The translations under genes were made by a program, and so were the position numbers. A stretch of DNA of 64,000 bases from Eubacteriales bacterium (GTDB lineage Bacteria; Bacillota; Clostridia; Oscillospirales; CAG-272), in NCBI GenBank assembly GCA_045535375.1, contig JAZSLM010000007.1, positions 15,322 through 79,321 on the forward strand, read 5' to 3'. The notes beneath the pieces are model-generated. The model worked only from the letters and a program-made list of their open reading frames with translations. It had not been told where the DNA came from and ran no database searches. Of this stretch, positions 1-9,087 are shown in pieces (position 1 is the stretch's first letter; every line of letters starts with the position of its first letter).

Positions 1-1
1 C

Positions 2-949
2 TTTATCAACGCGATTCTGCGCTCATATCTGCGCGCGGATTCGATCAAATTCCCCGAAAAGCCCGATTCCGAGCGACTTTCGGTCATTTATTCGGCTCCC
101 CGCGAGCTTTGCGAGAAGTTTATTTCGCTTTTCGGTATAGAAAAGTCAGAAAGCATTCTCGCCTCATACCTTGAAACTCCCGCGCTGACTTTGCGCGTAA
201 ACACTTTGAAAACGACCCGCGACGGGCTTATCGAAGCTCTCAGATCCGAAGGATTTGAATGCGAACCCACTTCCGTTTCCCCTTACGGAATCAGAATTTA
301 CGGTTCGGGTCTGCCCGCTGCGATCGCCGAGGGGCTCTGCTACGTTCAGGACGAGTCCTCGCAGATCTCCTCGCTCGTACTCGATCCGCGCGAGGGCGAC
401 ATTCTGCTTGACGCCTGCGCCTGCCCCGGGGGAAAATCCTTCTCGGCGGCTATGCTGATGAACGATAAAGGCAGTATTACCTCGCGCGATCTGCACGCCT
501 CCAAGCTTCCGCTTATCTCATCGGGTGCTGAGCGTCTCGGTATTTCGATAATCAGGACCGAGGAGCGCGATTCTTCCCTTCCCACGGATGAAAAATACTC
601 GAAGATCATCTGCGACGTGCCCTGCTCAGGACTCGGCGTTGCGGCAAAGAAGACCGAGATCAAGTACCGTCCGCTCGAAAAGAACGCGGAGCTCCCCCCG
701 CTTCAGTACTCCATTCTCTGTGCCGTTGCAAATTCGCTCGAGATCGGCGGCACGCTCGTTTACTCGACCTGCACGATCCTGCCCGAGGAAAACGGAAATA
801 TCGTAGAAAAATTCCTATCCGAACATAAAGATTTTGAAGCCGTTCCCTTCACTGTCGGTGAACTTGACGCTCCCGCGGGTATGCTGACGCTTTATCCGAC
901 AGCCGAACACGACGGATTCTTCATTTCGAAACTCACAAGAAAGTCTTAA
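2..949 (+). CDS. rsmB: 16S rRNA (cytosine-C5)-methyltransferase RsmB/Sun, C-terminal part (5' end outside window)
   Basis: The frame is open from base 2. It carries the SAM motif DACACPGGKS, the PC motif CDVPCSGLG and the TC motif LVYSTCTI. It sits directly before rlmN, as in the Firmicute yloM-yloN arrangement. Confidence 0.85.
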   Translation, partial: FINAILRSYLRADSIKFPEKPDSERLSVIYSAPRELCEKFISLFGIEKSESILASYLETPALTLRVNTLKTTRDGLIEALRSEGFECEPTSVSPYGIRIYGSGLPAAIAEGLCYVQDESSQISSLVLDPREGDILLDACACPGGKSFSAAMLMNDKGSITSRDLHASKLPLISSGAERLGISIIRTEERDSSLPTDEKYSKIICDVPCSGLGVAAKKTEIKYRPLEKNAELPPLQYSILCAVANSLEIGGTLVYSTCTILPEENGNIVEKFLSEHKDFEAVPFTVGELDAPAGMLTLYPTAEHDGFFISKLTRKS

Positions 950-963
950 ATAAAGTCTTAAAT

Positions 964-2034
964 ATGGAAAACAAACAAACCGACCTGCTCTCCCTCTATC
1001 CCGAGGAGCTGCAGGAGCTTATCGTATCGCTCGGCGAGCCGAAATACCGCGCGGGACAGATATTTCCCGCACTGCACAAGGGTCTGCGCCCGGGCGCGAT
1101 GACGAATATATCCAAGGCGACCGCCGAAAAGATCGAATCGGCTCTGCCCTCGCGTATGCCCGAGATCGAGCAAAAGCTCGTCTCAAAAGTGGACGGCACG
1201 GTGAAATACCTCTTCCGCCTGCACGACGGCGAGTGCATCGAATCGGTCGTGATGCGCTACAACCACGGCAACACCATCTGCGTTTCCTCGCAGGTCGGAT
1301 GCCGTATGGGTTGCGCCTTCTGTGCCTCCACCATCGGCGGCAAGATACGCGACCTCAGCGCGGGCGAGATCCTCGGCCAGGTGATCGTGGCATCCGCCGA
1401 CATGGGTGAGCGCATTTCAAACATAGTACTTATGGGAATCGGCGAGCCGATGGACAATTACGAGAACGTCCTGCGCTTCCTGTGCCTTGTCAACGACGAG
1501 CGCGGTATCTGCATCGGCTACCGCCACATCTCGCTTTCGACCTGCGGACACGTAGACGGTATCCGCAAGCTGATGCGCGAAGATCTTCCCATCACCCTTT
1601 CGATCTCCCTCCACGCCGCAGATGACGAGGTGAGGGACAGGATAATGCCGATCAACCACCGATGGAACGTCTCCGAGCTTCTCTCCGCCTGCCTTGACTG
1701 GTGGCGCGCGACGGGACGGCGCATTTCCTTCGAATACACCCTCATCGACTCTCAGAACTCCTCGCCCGCAGATGCCGCCCACCTTGCACAAGTGCTGAAC
1801 TCCGCGCTTCGCGGCAAACCCTCTCGCGGTGAGAAATTCCCGATACACGTCAATCTCATCCCCGTTAATCCCGTCAAGGAAACGGGACTGATGCCCCCAT
1901 CCCCCGAAAAGATCGAGGCATTCCGCGCGGCTCTTGAAAAGAAGGGCATACGCGCAACGGTGCGCCGCAAGCTCGGCCCCGACATCAACGCTTCCTGCGG
2001 ACAGCTCAGACGACAGCATAAAGAAGAAAAATAA
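964..2034 (+). CDS. rlmN: 23S rRNA/tRNA (adenine-C2)-methyltransferase RlmN, radical SAM
   Basis: 356 aa with a CRMGCAFC radical-SAM cluster motif and a C-terminal CGQL motif. Position in the conserved operon fits. Confidence 0.9.
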   Translation: MENKQTDLLSLYPEELQELIVSLGEPKYRAGQIFPALHKGLRPGAMTNISKATAEKIESALPSRMPEIEQKLVSKVDGTVKYLFRLHDGECIESVVMRYNHGNTICVSSQVGCRMGCAFCASTIGGKIRDLSAGEILGQVIVASADMGERISNIVLMGIGEPMDNYENVLRFLCLVNDERGICIGYRHISLSTCGHVDGIRKLMREDLPITLSISLHAADDEVRDRIMPINHRWNVSELLSACLDWWRATGRRISFEYTLIDSQNSSPADAAHLAQVLNSALRGKPSRGEKFPIHVNLIPVNPVKETGLMPPSPEKIEAFRAALEKKGIRATVRRKLGPDINASCGQLRRQHKEEK

Positions 2035-2079
2035 GTCATTCAAACCAAGATCATTTTAACACGGTAGAAAGGTGTTCTC

Positions 2080-2853
2080 ATGAAATTTTACGGAAAGACC
2101 GACGTCGGCGTTCGACGCACAGAAAATCAGGATTGCTTCGGTATCTACGAGATCCTCCCCGGTGTCACTCTGCTTGCAGTTTGCGACGGTATGGGAGGAG
2201 TGGCGGGAGGCGCGATAGCCTCCAGGATCGCACTCGATACCTTTGCTCAGTCGATGCGCGAGCATATTCTGCCCGACAATCCCGAGGACGAGCCCGACCT
2301 TGGCAGTATAGGTCTGCGATTTGCTCTCTCGGCTTCGGCATCCGAGGCTAACCGCGCCGTTTACAAGGAAGCACGCGACTCGGACGGCAAGTACGACGAT
2401 ATGGGCACCACGCTCGTTGCGCTTCTTGTGGTTGAGAACACGCTTGCATATTCGCTGAACATCGGCGACAGCCGTATGTACGATATCTCGGACGGCAAGA
2501 TCACACAGCTGACGAAGGATCACTCCTATGTCCAGCAGCTTGTGGATATGGGTCAGCTTACATACGAGGAAGCCAAGACCTCGCCGATGAGAAACATCAT
2601 CACCCGCGCGGTCGGAATCGACGGCGACGTTGTTGCGGATATTCATTCCCTCAGCCCCGCCCCCGGCTTCCCCGATGCGCCTCGCTACCTCCTTCTCTGC
2701 TCGGACGGTCTTTGCGGTGTCGTAAGCGACGAGGAGATCGCTGAGATAGTCTGCTCCGAGGGTGAGCTGAACGAAAAGACCGAAAGGCTCGTTGCCGCCG
2801 CAAACAACGCGGGCGGTCCCGACAACATCACGGTGGTTATCGCCGAACTCTGA
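2080..2853 (+). CDS. stp: PP2C-family Ser/Thr phosphatase (Stp/PrpC)
   Basis: 257 aa with the AVCDGMGG and LLCSDGL metal-binding motifs. It lies immediately upstream of the PASTA kinase. Confidence 0.88.
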   Translation: MKFYGKTDVGVRRTENQDCFGIYEILPGVTLLAVCDGMGGVAGGAIASRIALDTFAQSMREHILPDNPEDEPDLGSIGLRFALSASASEANRAVYKEARDSDGKYDDMGTTLVALLVVENTLAYSLNIGDSRMYDISDGKITQLTKDHSYVQQLVDMGQLTYEEAKTSPMRNIITRAVGIDGDVVADIHSLSPAPGFPDAPRYLLLCSDGLCGVVSDEEIAEIVCSEGELNEKTERLVAAANNAGGPDNITVVIAEL

Positions 2854-2878
2854 AAATAACGGATAACAATTATAAATT

Positions 2879-5221
2879 ATGGAAAAGAACCTATCATACA
2901 AAGCTCTGGTCGGCACAACGCTCGACTCGAGATATAAAATAGAAAAATTCCTCGGAACCGGCGGAATGAGTGTCGTCTTCAAAGCGACCGATCTGAAAGA
3001 CGGTTCCCCGGTTGCGATAAAAATGCTTCGCGACGACGTTGCGGACGACCGCGAATCGCTCGAGATATTCACGAACGAGTCAAAGGTCGTTTCGATGCTT
3101 TCGCACCCCAACATCGTATCCATCCGCGCGGTATCCTTCAAGACCGAGAAGAAATATCTCGTCATGGAATATATCGACGGAATCTCTCTGCGAACCTATA
3201 TGGACAAGCGCGGTGCGCTTGATTTTGACGAATTCATCTCATTCTCGGAGCAGATCCTTGCCGCGCTTGAGCACGCGCACAGCCGCGGTGTCGTTCACCG
3301 CGACATCAAGCCGCAGAATATTCTCGTCCTTAAGGACGGTTTTATCAAGGTAACCGACTTCGGTATCGCAAAGGTGCCCGAGAAAAACAAGGGCAAAACG
3401 ATCTCCGATAACGCGATCGGCACCGTTTACTACATCAGCCCCGAGCAGGCGGCGGCGAAGTCGACAGACTCGCGCTCCGACCTTTACTCCTTCGGCGTTA
3501 TGATGTACGAAATGGCAACGGGCAAGCTCCCCTTCGACGACGAGCGCCCCATTTCGGTGCTTATGATGCAGATACACGACAAACCCCTGCCCCCGAGAAA
3601 GATCAACAGATCGATTCCCCGCGGGCTTGAGCAGTTGATACTCACCTGCATGGAAAAGGACCCTCGCCGACGTTATCAGACGGCGAAGGACATCTTCGTT
3701 CAGATACGCAGACTCGGACAGAATCCCCTCGCCGCAGTTCCTTCCCCGAAGCAGATGGCTGCCAACGCGCGCTCACATAAAAACCGCAAGGAAAGACCTC
3801 CGAGCCGCTCTTTCTTCCCCATCGCTCTCGGAATTGCCTGCGCAGTTTGCTTTGTCGGCCTCGTTTCGGTCTTTTACGGACTTGACGCGCTTGATTTCGG
3901 TGCTCCCGGCACCTCAAGCCTTAAGGTCCCCGACAGCGTCGGAGTAGCATACAGCGAAGAGCTTATAGAAGAGCTCGGTTTCAACGAGGAGGATTATATC
4001 GTCACCGTTGAATATCTGACCTCAAACACAGTAGAAAAAGGCACGGTCATCTCGCAGAAGCCGTCCGCAGGCGCTCGCAGAAAATCACCGTGTCACGTGA
4101 CGATCTCCGTCAGCCTCGGCCCCGAGCTTGTCACGTTCGGCGACTATCTTATGATGAACTGGCGCATAGCGCAGACAAAACTCCGTTCCGAGGGTTACGC
4201 GGTAAACATCATCCGTGAGGAAAACGCCGCGATCCCGGAGGGATACGTATACGCTACCGTACCGATGCCGGGTGAAAAGATCGAGCCCGGAAGCATGATC
4301 ACCGTCTACGTCAGCGCGGGAACCGAGCAGGTACTCGTTACTCTGCCCGAATTCGTCGGTATGAGCGAGCGCGAGGCAAAAACTTTCCTCGACGAGAACG
4401 CGCTTCTTGTCGGAGAGGTGACCTATACGCGCTCTCCCAAGAAAGCGGGAACTATCATTGCGACTTCGCACCAGGCGGGAACGGGTGCATACGCATACAC
4501 GACCGCGATAGACTTTACCGTAAGCGGCGGCAGCGGCTTTGCGCTGAACGTCTGCCCCGACGTTGTGGGAAAAGAAGTCGGTCCCTCAAAGAGCGAACTT
4601 GAAGGCTACGGCGTTCAGGTAACTCTTATCACGCTCAGGGACGAAGCCCCCGAAGGAACAGTTCTTATCCAGTCCCCGAGCGCGGAGGAAGCCGTTGCGA
4701 CCAATGCAGACTCCGTCACCCTGACGGTCAGCGGCGGTCCTACATACTCGCGCACAGTCAATATGGTGAATCTCGCGGGACAGTCGCTGAACGCTGCGCG
4801 CGCGATCCTCGACTATATGTTCGAGGGTGTCTGCGAATACAAGCTGAACGTGACCTATACCATGAGCCTCAGACCCAAGGATACCATCCTCTCGCATACT
4901 CCCGGTGCGGGTCAGATCGAGCTGACCACGGGTGTTCTTGAGATCAACCTCGTTCTCAGCGGCGGAACAAATTATACTCCGCCCGTCGTCAGCGTTATCG
5001 TGCCCGACGTGCTCGGCATGACTCTTGCCGAAGCCGAAGCGCGTCTGCTCTCCGCAGGCATCGTTGTCGGCGGTGTAAGCTATGTCCAAAGCTATTCTCC
5101 CGCGGGAACCGTCATCCTTCAGTCAACCGAAGCGGGACAGTTCATCACGGGACCGCAGGGCTGGATAACGATCGACCTTGTGATCAGCGAGGGCTTCGGA
5201 TCAACCGATATACCTCAATAA
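2879..5221 (+). CDS. pknB: Ser/Thr protein kinase with one TM segment and about six PASTA-like repeats (PknB/PrkC)
   Basis: Hanks kinase motifs are present: HRDIKPQNIL, DFGIA and YISPEQ. A TM helix (FFPIALGIACAVCFVGLVSVF) follows, then repeated PASTA-like units of about 65 aa. Confidence 0.9.
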   Translation: MEKNLSYKALVGTTLDSRYKIEKFLGTGGMSVVFKATDLKDGSPVAIKMLRDDVADDRESLEIFTNESKVVSMLSHPNIVSIRAVSFKTEKKYLVMEYIDGISLRTYMDKRGALDFDEFISFSEQILAALEHAHSRGVVHRDIKPQNILVLKDGFIKVTDFGIAKVPEKNKGKTISDNAIGTVYYISPEQAAAKSTDSRSDLYSFGVMMYEMATGKLPFDDERPISVLMMQIHDKPLPPRKINRSIPRGLEQLILTCMEKDPRRRYQTAKDIFVQIRRLGQNPLAAVPSPKQMAANARSHKNRKERPPSRSFFPIALGIACAVCFVGLVSVFYGLDALDFGAPGTSSLKVPDSVGVAYSEELIEELGFNEEDYIVTVEYLTSNTVEKGTVISQKPSAGARRKSPCHVTISVSLGPELVTFGDYLMMNWRIAQTKLRSEGYAVNIIREENAAIPEGYVYATVPMPGEKIEPGSMITVYVSAGTEQVLVTLPEFVGMSEREAKTFLDENALLVGEVTYTRSPKKAGTIIATSHQAGTGAYAYTTAIDFTVSGGSGFALNVCPDVVGKEVGPSKSELEGYGVQVTLITLRDEAPEGTVLIQSPSAEEAVATNADSVTLTVSGGPTYSRTVNMVNLAGQSLNAARAILDYMFEGVCEYKLNVTYTMSLRPKDTILSHTPGAGQIELTTGVLEINLVLSGGTNYTPPVVSVIVPDVLGMTLAEAEARLLSAGIVVGGVSYVQSYSPAGTVILQSTEAGQFITGPQGWITIDLVISEGFGSTDIPQ

Positions 5222-5252
5222 ATCTTATATAATAAAAAGGAAAGCAAAATTT

Positions 5253-6707
5253 ATGCCGAACTTTCAGAAAATCAAGGAAGCCATCAAACAGACCGACAGA
5301 AAAAAGTTAATACGGATCTCTGTTGCGGCAGTTTTTGTACTGCTTCTTTTGACAATGCTTCCCGCGGCAATGCCGGATACCGGCGAAAGTCTGACACTTC
5401 CGCCCTTCTCCTTCGACGACGAGATGCCCGAACTTGACGGCATCGCGGTCCCGAAACTTTTCCCCCATCTCGTTCTGGTCTATCCCGAAGCCGAAAGCTG
5501 GGGCGAGGAGCTGGCGGTACATATCAAAGCTGAGCTGCAAAGCCGTTTCCATGCGCATTTCGTCATTCTTTCCGACGGGGAGTATCTCGCGTTGGATGAA
5601 GATACGCTCGCGCTTTACAATGCGGATCCGACCTTGACTGTCAACCTTGGAATCACTGATCTTCTTGACGCCTCGTATCTGCAAATTCTTTCGCGCCTTG
5701 GCACCGAAGGACTCGAGATCGTCCGCGGCGGCAACCGCATCGACATTCTGGCGGCATCTTACACAAAGGTCAAAGAAGGAGTAAGCGCCTTCATTGATGC
5801 TTTGGAATACCGCAGCGGTTACGTCATCTCCGAGGAGCTTTACCGTTTCGATCTCCAACCCTCGGAGGAGAGCGCATACGCACCCGAGATCGTGACTGAT
5901 TCGTCGGTAAATATACTCACCTTCTCACATATCGACTCGAATTCCTATACTCTCCGCGCGCTTGAAGGCATCATTGCGGACGCAAAGCCCGATCTCGTTG
6001 TTTTCAACGGCGGCGTTGAAGGCGGAACAAAGAACCGTCAGGAGCTGACCGCGCTCTGGCAGAGCATTTCGGATATTCTGGCAAAGACTTCGACTCCCTG
6101 GTGCTTCACACCGGGTGAGCTTTCGGGCGATATCCCGCGCGTGACGGTCTGTGAGGTCATTTCCTCCTTCCCCGGATGCATCAAAAAGGTCACGGACGGA
6201 GCTTCCTATTCGATAACCGTCGGAAATCCGCAGGGTATCGTTACCGCAAGCATCTACGTTGCCGACGTATACGCCTCCACGAACGAGCTTTGCTCTTTGA
6301 TAGAGGCTGAAACCAAGCTTTTTGCCCGCGCATCCGATTACAAGCGTTCGGTCACCGCAATTCTGCCCGCGCCCTCAAAACAGATCGCGACCTCCGCTGA
6401 AGGCATCGAAAGCAAGTACGTATCCTCTGCCCTTTCCGACGTTTGCGACTCGCTGATGATCGCGGGAGCCGACACCTTTATCTGCGCGGCTGATCCCACG
6501 TCGCCCGCGCTTATAAGCTGTTCTGTTGGTAACGTTGCGCTCTGCGGCTCGATCGGTTTTGATCAGCTTGGCATCGGCGGAAGATTTGAATACAACCATT
6601 CCCTGCGCGGAGGAGTACTTCTGACGCTCGACTGCCGCCGTGCGGGATATACCGAAGCGGCAATTTCCTACGTTTACGCCGCCGCTCTCGGACTTACGGA
6701 GAGATGA
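5253..6707 (+). CDS. N-terminally anchored extracytoplasmic protein of unknown function (degenerate metallophosphoesterase-like C-terminal half)
   Basis: 484 aa with an N-terminal TM segment (ISVAAVFVLLLLTMLPAA). The stretch FSHID...DLVVFNGG...FTPGE resembles calcineurin-like phosphoesterase motifs I-III, but with substituted metal ligands. The gene is inserted between pknB and rsgA. Confidence 0.55.
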   Translation: MPNFQKIKEAIKQTDRKKLIRISVAAVFVLLLLTMLPAAMPDTGESLTLPPFSFDDEMPELDGIAVPKLFPHLVLVYPEAESWGEELAVHIKAELQSRFHAHFVILSDGEYLALDEDTLALYNADPTLTVNLGITDLLDASYLQILSRLGTEGLEIVRGGNRIDILAASYTKVKEGVSAFIDALEYRSGYVISEELYRFDLQPSEESAYAPEIVTDSSVNILTFSHIDSNSYTLRALEGIIADAKPDLVVFNGGVEGGTKNRQELTALWQSISDILAKTSTPWCFTPGELSGDIPRVTVCEVISSFPGCIKKVTDGASYSITVGNPQGIVTASIYVADVYASTNELCSLIEAETKLFARASDYKRSVTAILPAPSKQIATSAEGIESKYVSSALSDVCDSLMIAGADTFICAADPTSPALISCSVGNVALCGSIGFDQLGIGGRFEYNHSLRGGVLLTLDCRRAGYTEAAISYVYAAALGLTER

Positions 6708-6710
6708 CCG

Positions 6711-7721
6711 ATGGAATATAAAACTCAATGCCGCATTCTTCGCGGTGTAGGCGGACTTTATTACGTCAGCCTTGCTGATGCCGAGGAGCATTCCTCGCTC
6801 TACCCCGGAACGCCCTCGCCCCTTGCGGGCAGATCGCTCCTCACCCGCGCGCGCGGCTCGCTCCGCACGCCCGACGGCGGAAAGATCAAGGTCGGCGACA
6901 TCTGCGAATTCATTTATACAGACAATTCCTTCACCGAAGGCGGAATTCAGCAGGACGATTCTTCGGGGCTCCCCGAGGGCGCGGTTTCAGCTATCCTTCC
7001 GCGACGCAATTCGCTCATCCGCCCCCCGCTTTCGAATCTTGACATTCTCGTCATCGTTTGCGCATCGGCGGCTCCCGCCCCCGCGACCGAAACGATAGAC
7101 AAGCTCCTCTCGGTCGCCGAATACCACGGCATAGAGGCGATCGTCGTCATCGGCAAATGCGAGCTTGACGCGGAGGTTGCCGAAAAGCTCGAAAAAACGT
7201 ACAGATCCGCGCTCTATCCCACCTTCACCCTTTCCTGCTACGAGGGCGACGGTATCGAAGAATTTTCTTCCTATATAAAAGAGCGCTTGCACGGCAAAGT
7301 CGCCGCTTTTGCAGGTGCATCGGGTGTCGGAAAATCGACCCTGATAAACGCTCTTTTCCCCGAAATGAAGCTGGCGGCGGGCGAGATCAGCCGAAAGATC
7401 GCGAGAGGCAAGCACACCACCCGCCAGGCGGAGCTTTTCCCGCTTGAAGGCGGCGGATTCCTTGCCGACACGCCCGGTTTTTCGATGATAGACTTCGAAA
7501 ACTTCGATTTCTTCCCCTTTGACGCGCTCCCCGACACCATGCGCGAATTCCGCGAGCATTACGGCGAGTGCAAGTACCTTGACTGCTCGCACACCAAAGA
7601 GGAAGGCTGCGCCATCCTTGAAGCCATCGAGCGCGGTGAGATCGCGCCCTCGCGCCACGAAAGTTATCTTTCGATGTATAAAACCCTCAAAGCAAAACCC
7701 CGCTGGGAGAAAAGACAATGA
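6711..7721 (+). CDS. rsgA: Ribosome small-subunit-dependent GTPase A (RsgA/YloQ/CpgA)
   Basis: P-loop GASGVGKSTLINAL, DTPGF, and a C-terminal zinc knuckle CKYLDCSHTKEEGCA. Confidence 0.9.
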   Translation: MEYKTQCRILRGVGGLYYVSLADAEEHSSLYPGTPSPLAGRSLLTRARGSLRTPDGGKIKVGDICEFIYTDNSFTEGGIQQDDSSGLPEGAVSAILPRRNSLIRPPLSNLDILVIVCASAAPAPATETIDKLLSVAEYHGIEAIVVIGKCELDAEVAEKLEKTYRSALYPTFTLSCYEGDGIEEFSSYIKERLHGKVAAFAGASGVGKSTLINALFPEMKLAAGEISRKIARGKHTTRQAELFPLEGGGFLADTPGFSMIDFENFDFFPFDALPDTMREFREHYGECKYLDCSHTKEEGCAILEAIERGEIAPSRHESYLSMYKTLKAKPRWEKRQ

Positions 7722-8350
7722 AAGCATTCATCTACGTCGGCGGTAAGATCGACGTAAACTACATAACCGAACACCCGAAGGGCGAGGACATCACCGTTGC
7801 CGCCGATTCGGGCATCCGCAACGCGATCGCGCTCGGCGACCGCGTTGATATTGCCGTGGGCGATTTTGACTCCTTCCCCGAGCGCGAGATACCCGAGGGA
7901 GCAGAGATCATCCGCCTCAAGCCCGAAAAGGACATCACCGACGCACAGGCGGCGATCGAGATCGCCATCGAGCGCGGTGCTGATTCCTTCGTCATCATCG
8001 GCGGACTTTCGGGCAGACTCGACCACACGCTCGCGAATCTCTCCATCCTCGAGGACCTTGACGCGCGTCATCTCTACGCCATCGCGACCGACGGCTATTC
8101 CCGCGTTCACTTCGTAAACGGAGGCTCCGCGCTGATCGGACGCGGCGGCGGATACAAGTATTTCTCGCTCATCCCCGCATCCGACACCGTTAAGGGAGTT
8201 TCTATCGAGGGCGCGAAATATCCACTCAAGAATGCCAGACTTTCAAGAAAGAACGGCGGTTTTGCCACCTCGAATGAGATCGAGGGCAACTGCGCGCTCA
8301 TCTCGGTCAAAAAAGGCTCGCTTTATCTCATAGAATCGCGCGACGCGTGA
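7718..8350 (+). CDS. thiN: Thiamine pyrophosphokinase
   Basis: 210 aa with a GDFDSF motif. Its start overlaps rsgA by 4 nt (ATGA). The position matches yloS in Bacillus. Confidence 0.8.
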   Translation: MKAFIYVGGKIDVNYITEHPKGEDITVAADSGIRNAIALGDRVDIAVGDFDSFPEREIPEGAEIIRLKPEKDITDAQAAIEIAIERGADSFVIIGGLSGRLDHTLANLSILEDLDARHLYAIATDGYSRVHFVNGGSALIGRGGGYKYFSLIPASDTVKGVSIEGAKYPLKNARLSRKNGGFATSNEIEGNCALISVKKGSLYLIESRDA

Positions 8351-8406
8351 ACTTTTCCGCCCCTGACGCATATAATGTCATTGAAGACGATTTGCGGAGG
8401 TGGAAT

Positions 8407-8559
8407 ATGAGAGATTCAAGAAAGATGCGGCAAACTGTTGGTGTTCTTGCGCTGACCTTCGGCGCGGGGATACTGCTTGCCTTTCTTTTGCCCGGGAAGA
8501 TCCTCGCCTTTATCGAGGCGGCCGTCCTCCTCTGCGCGGGATTTATGCTCATCAAGTAG
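8407..8559 (+). CDS. Small hydrophobic protein (50 aa, two predicted TM segments), unknown function
   Basis: A GGAGGTGG Shine-Dalgarno sits 5 nt before the ATG at 8407. The product is hydrophobic: VGVLALTFGAGILLAFLLPGKILAFIEAAVLLCAGFMLI. Confidence 0.45.
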   Translation: MRDSRKMRQTVGVLALTFGAGILLAFLLPGKILAFIEAAVLLCAGFMLIK

Positions 8560-8567
8560 GAGGAAAT

Positions 8568-8651
8568 ATGAGGATCGTTCTGATGCGCCCGCCCGCCATT
8601 CTGGCATCGATTTTGCGAAAATTTTTCGGAATAAAAAAGGCCAAAAAATAG
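8568..8651 (+). CDS. spoVM: SpoVM-like 27-aa amphipathic sporulation peptide (below the ORF-track size cutoff)
   Basis: The product is MRIVLMRPPAILASILRKFFGIKKAKK, with an AGGAGG 6 nt upstream. It aligns to my recollection of B. subtilis SpoVM (MKFYTIKLPKFLGGIVRAMLGSFRKD) at P9, L12, I15, R17 and G21. Its position downstream of thiN/yloS is the same as in B. subtilis. Confidence 0.65.
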   Translation: MRIVLMRPPAILASILRKFFGIKKAKK

Positions 8652-8674
8652 TTTGTAAAAATTATAAGCCACGT

Positions 8675-9035
8675 GCTAACAAAACGTTCTGGGTGTCCCC
8701 TCATCACCCGCTGCGGCGGGAGCTTCTCCCAGGAGAAGCCTTGGGAACTCAGTTCGTGCGTACATTGCGAATAAAGTTGAAGTTGTAATTAAAATGATAT
8801 TCGCTATGTGAATCATATATGCTTCGTGTATGATATATTTCGCCAGGGACGAAATAGAAGGTAGAGGTTTGCTAAAGCAAATTTCAATTTATTAAAAAAC
8901 ACCATTACTTTTTCGGGATCAAATAATACGAAATACAGAAAATTCAAAACACAGTTGACAGTAACTTAAGGCTTCTCCTGGGAGAAGCTCCCGCCGCAGC
9001 GGGTGATGAGGGGACACCCAGAACGCTTTGTTCGC
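8675..9035. repeat. 361-bp element: 68-nt near-perfect terminal inverted repeats (8675-8742 and 8968-9035) flanking a 225-bp AT-rich core with no ORF
   Basis: The reverse complement of the right arm matches the left arm with 2 mismatches in 68 nt. Each arm holds internal hairpins (cccgc-tgcg-gcggg and cttctcc-ca-ggagaag). The core has TATGATATAT words plus small hairpins. Confidence 0.85.
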
Positions 9036-9087
9036 ACTCGCTTTTTGATAAAAATTTTCTATTTGACCATAATTCAGGAGATAAAAA

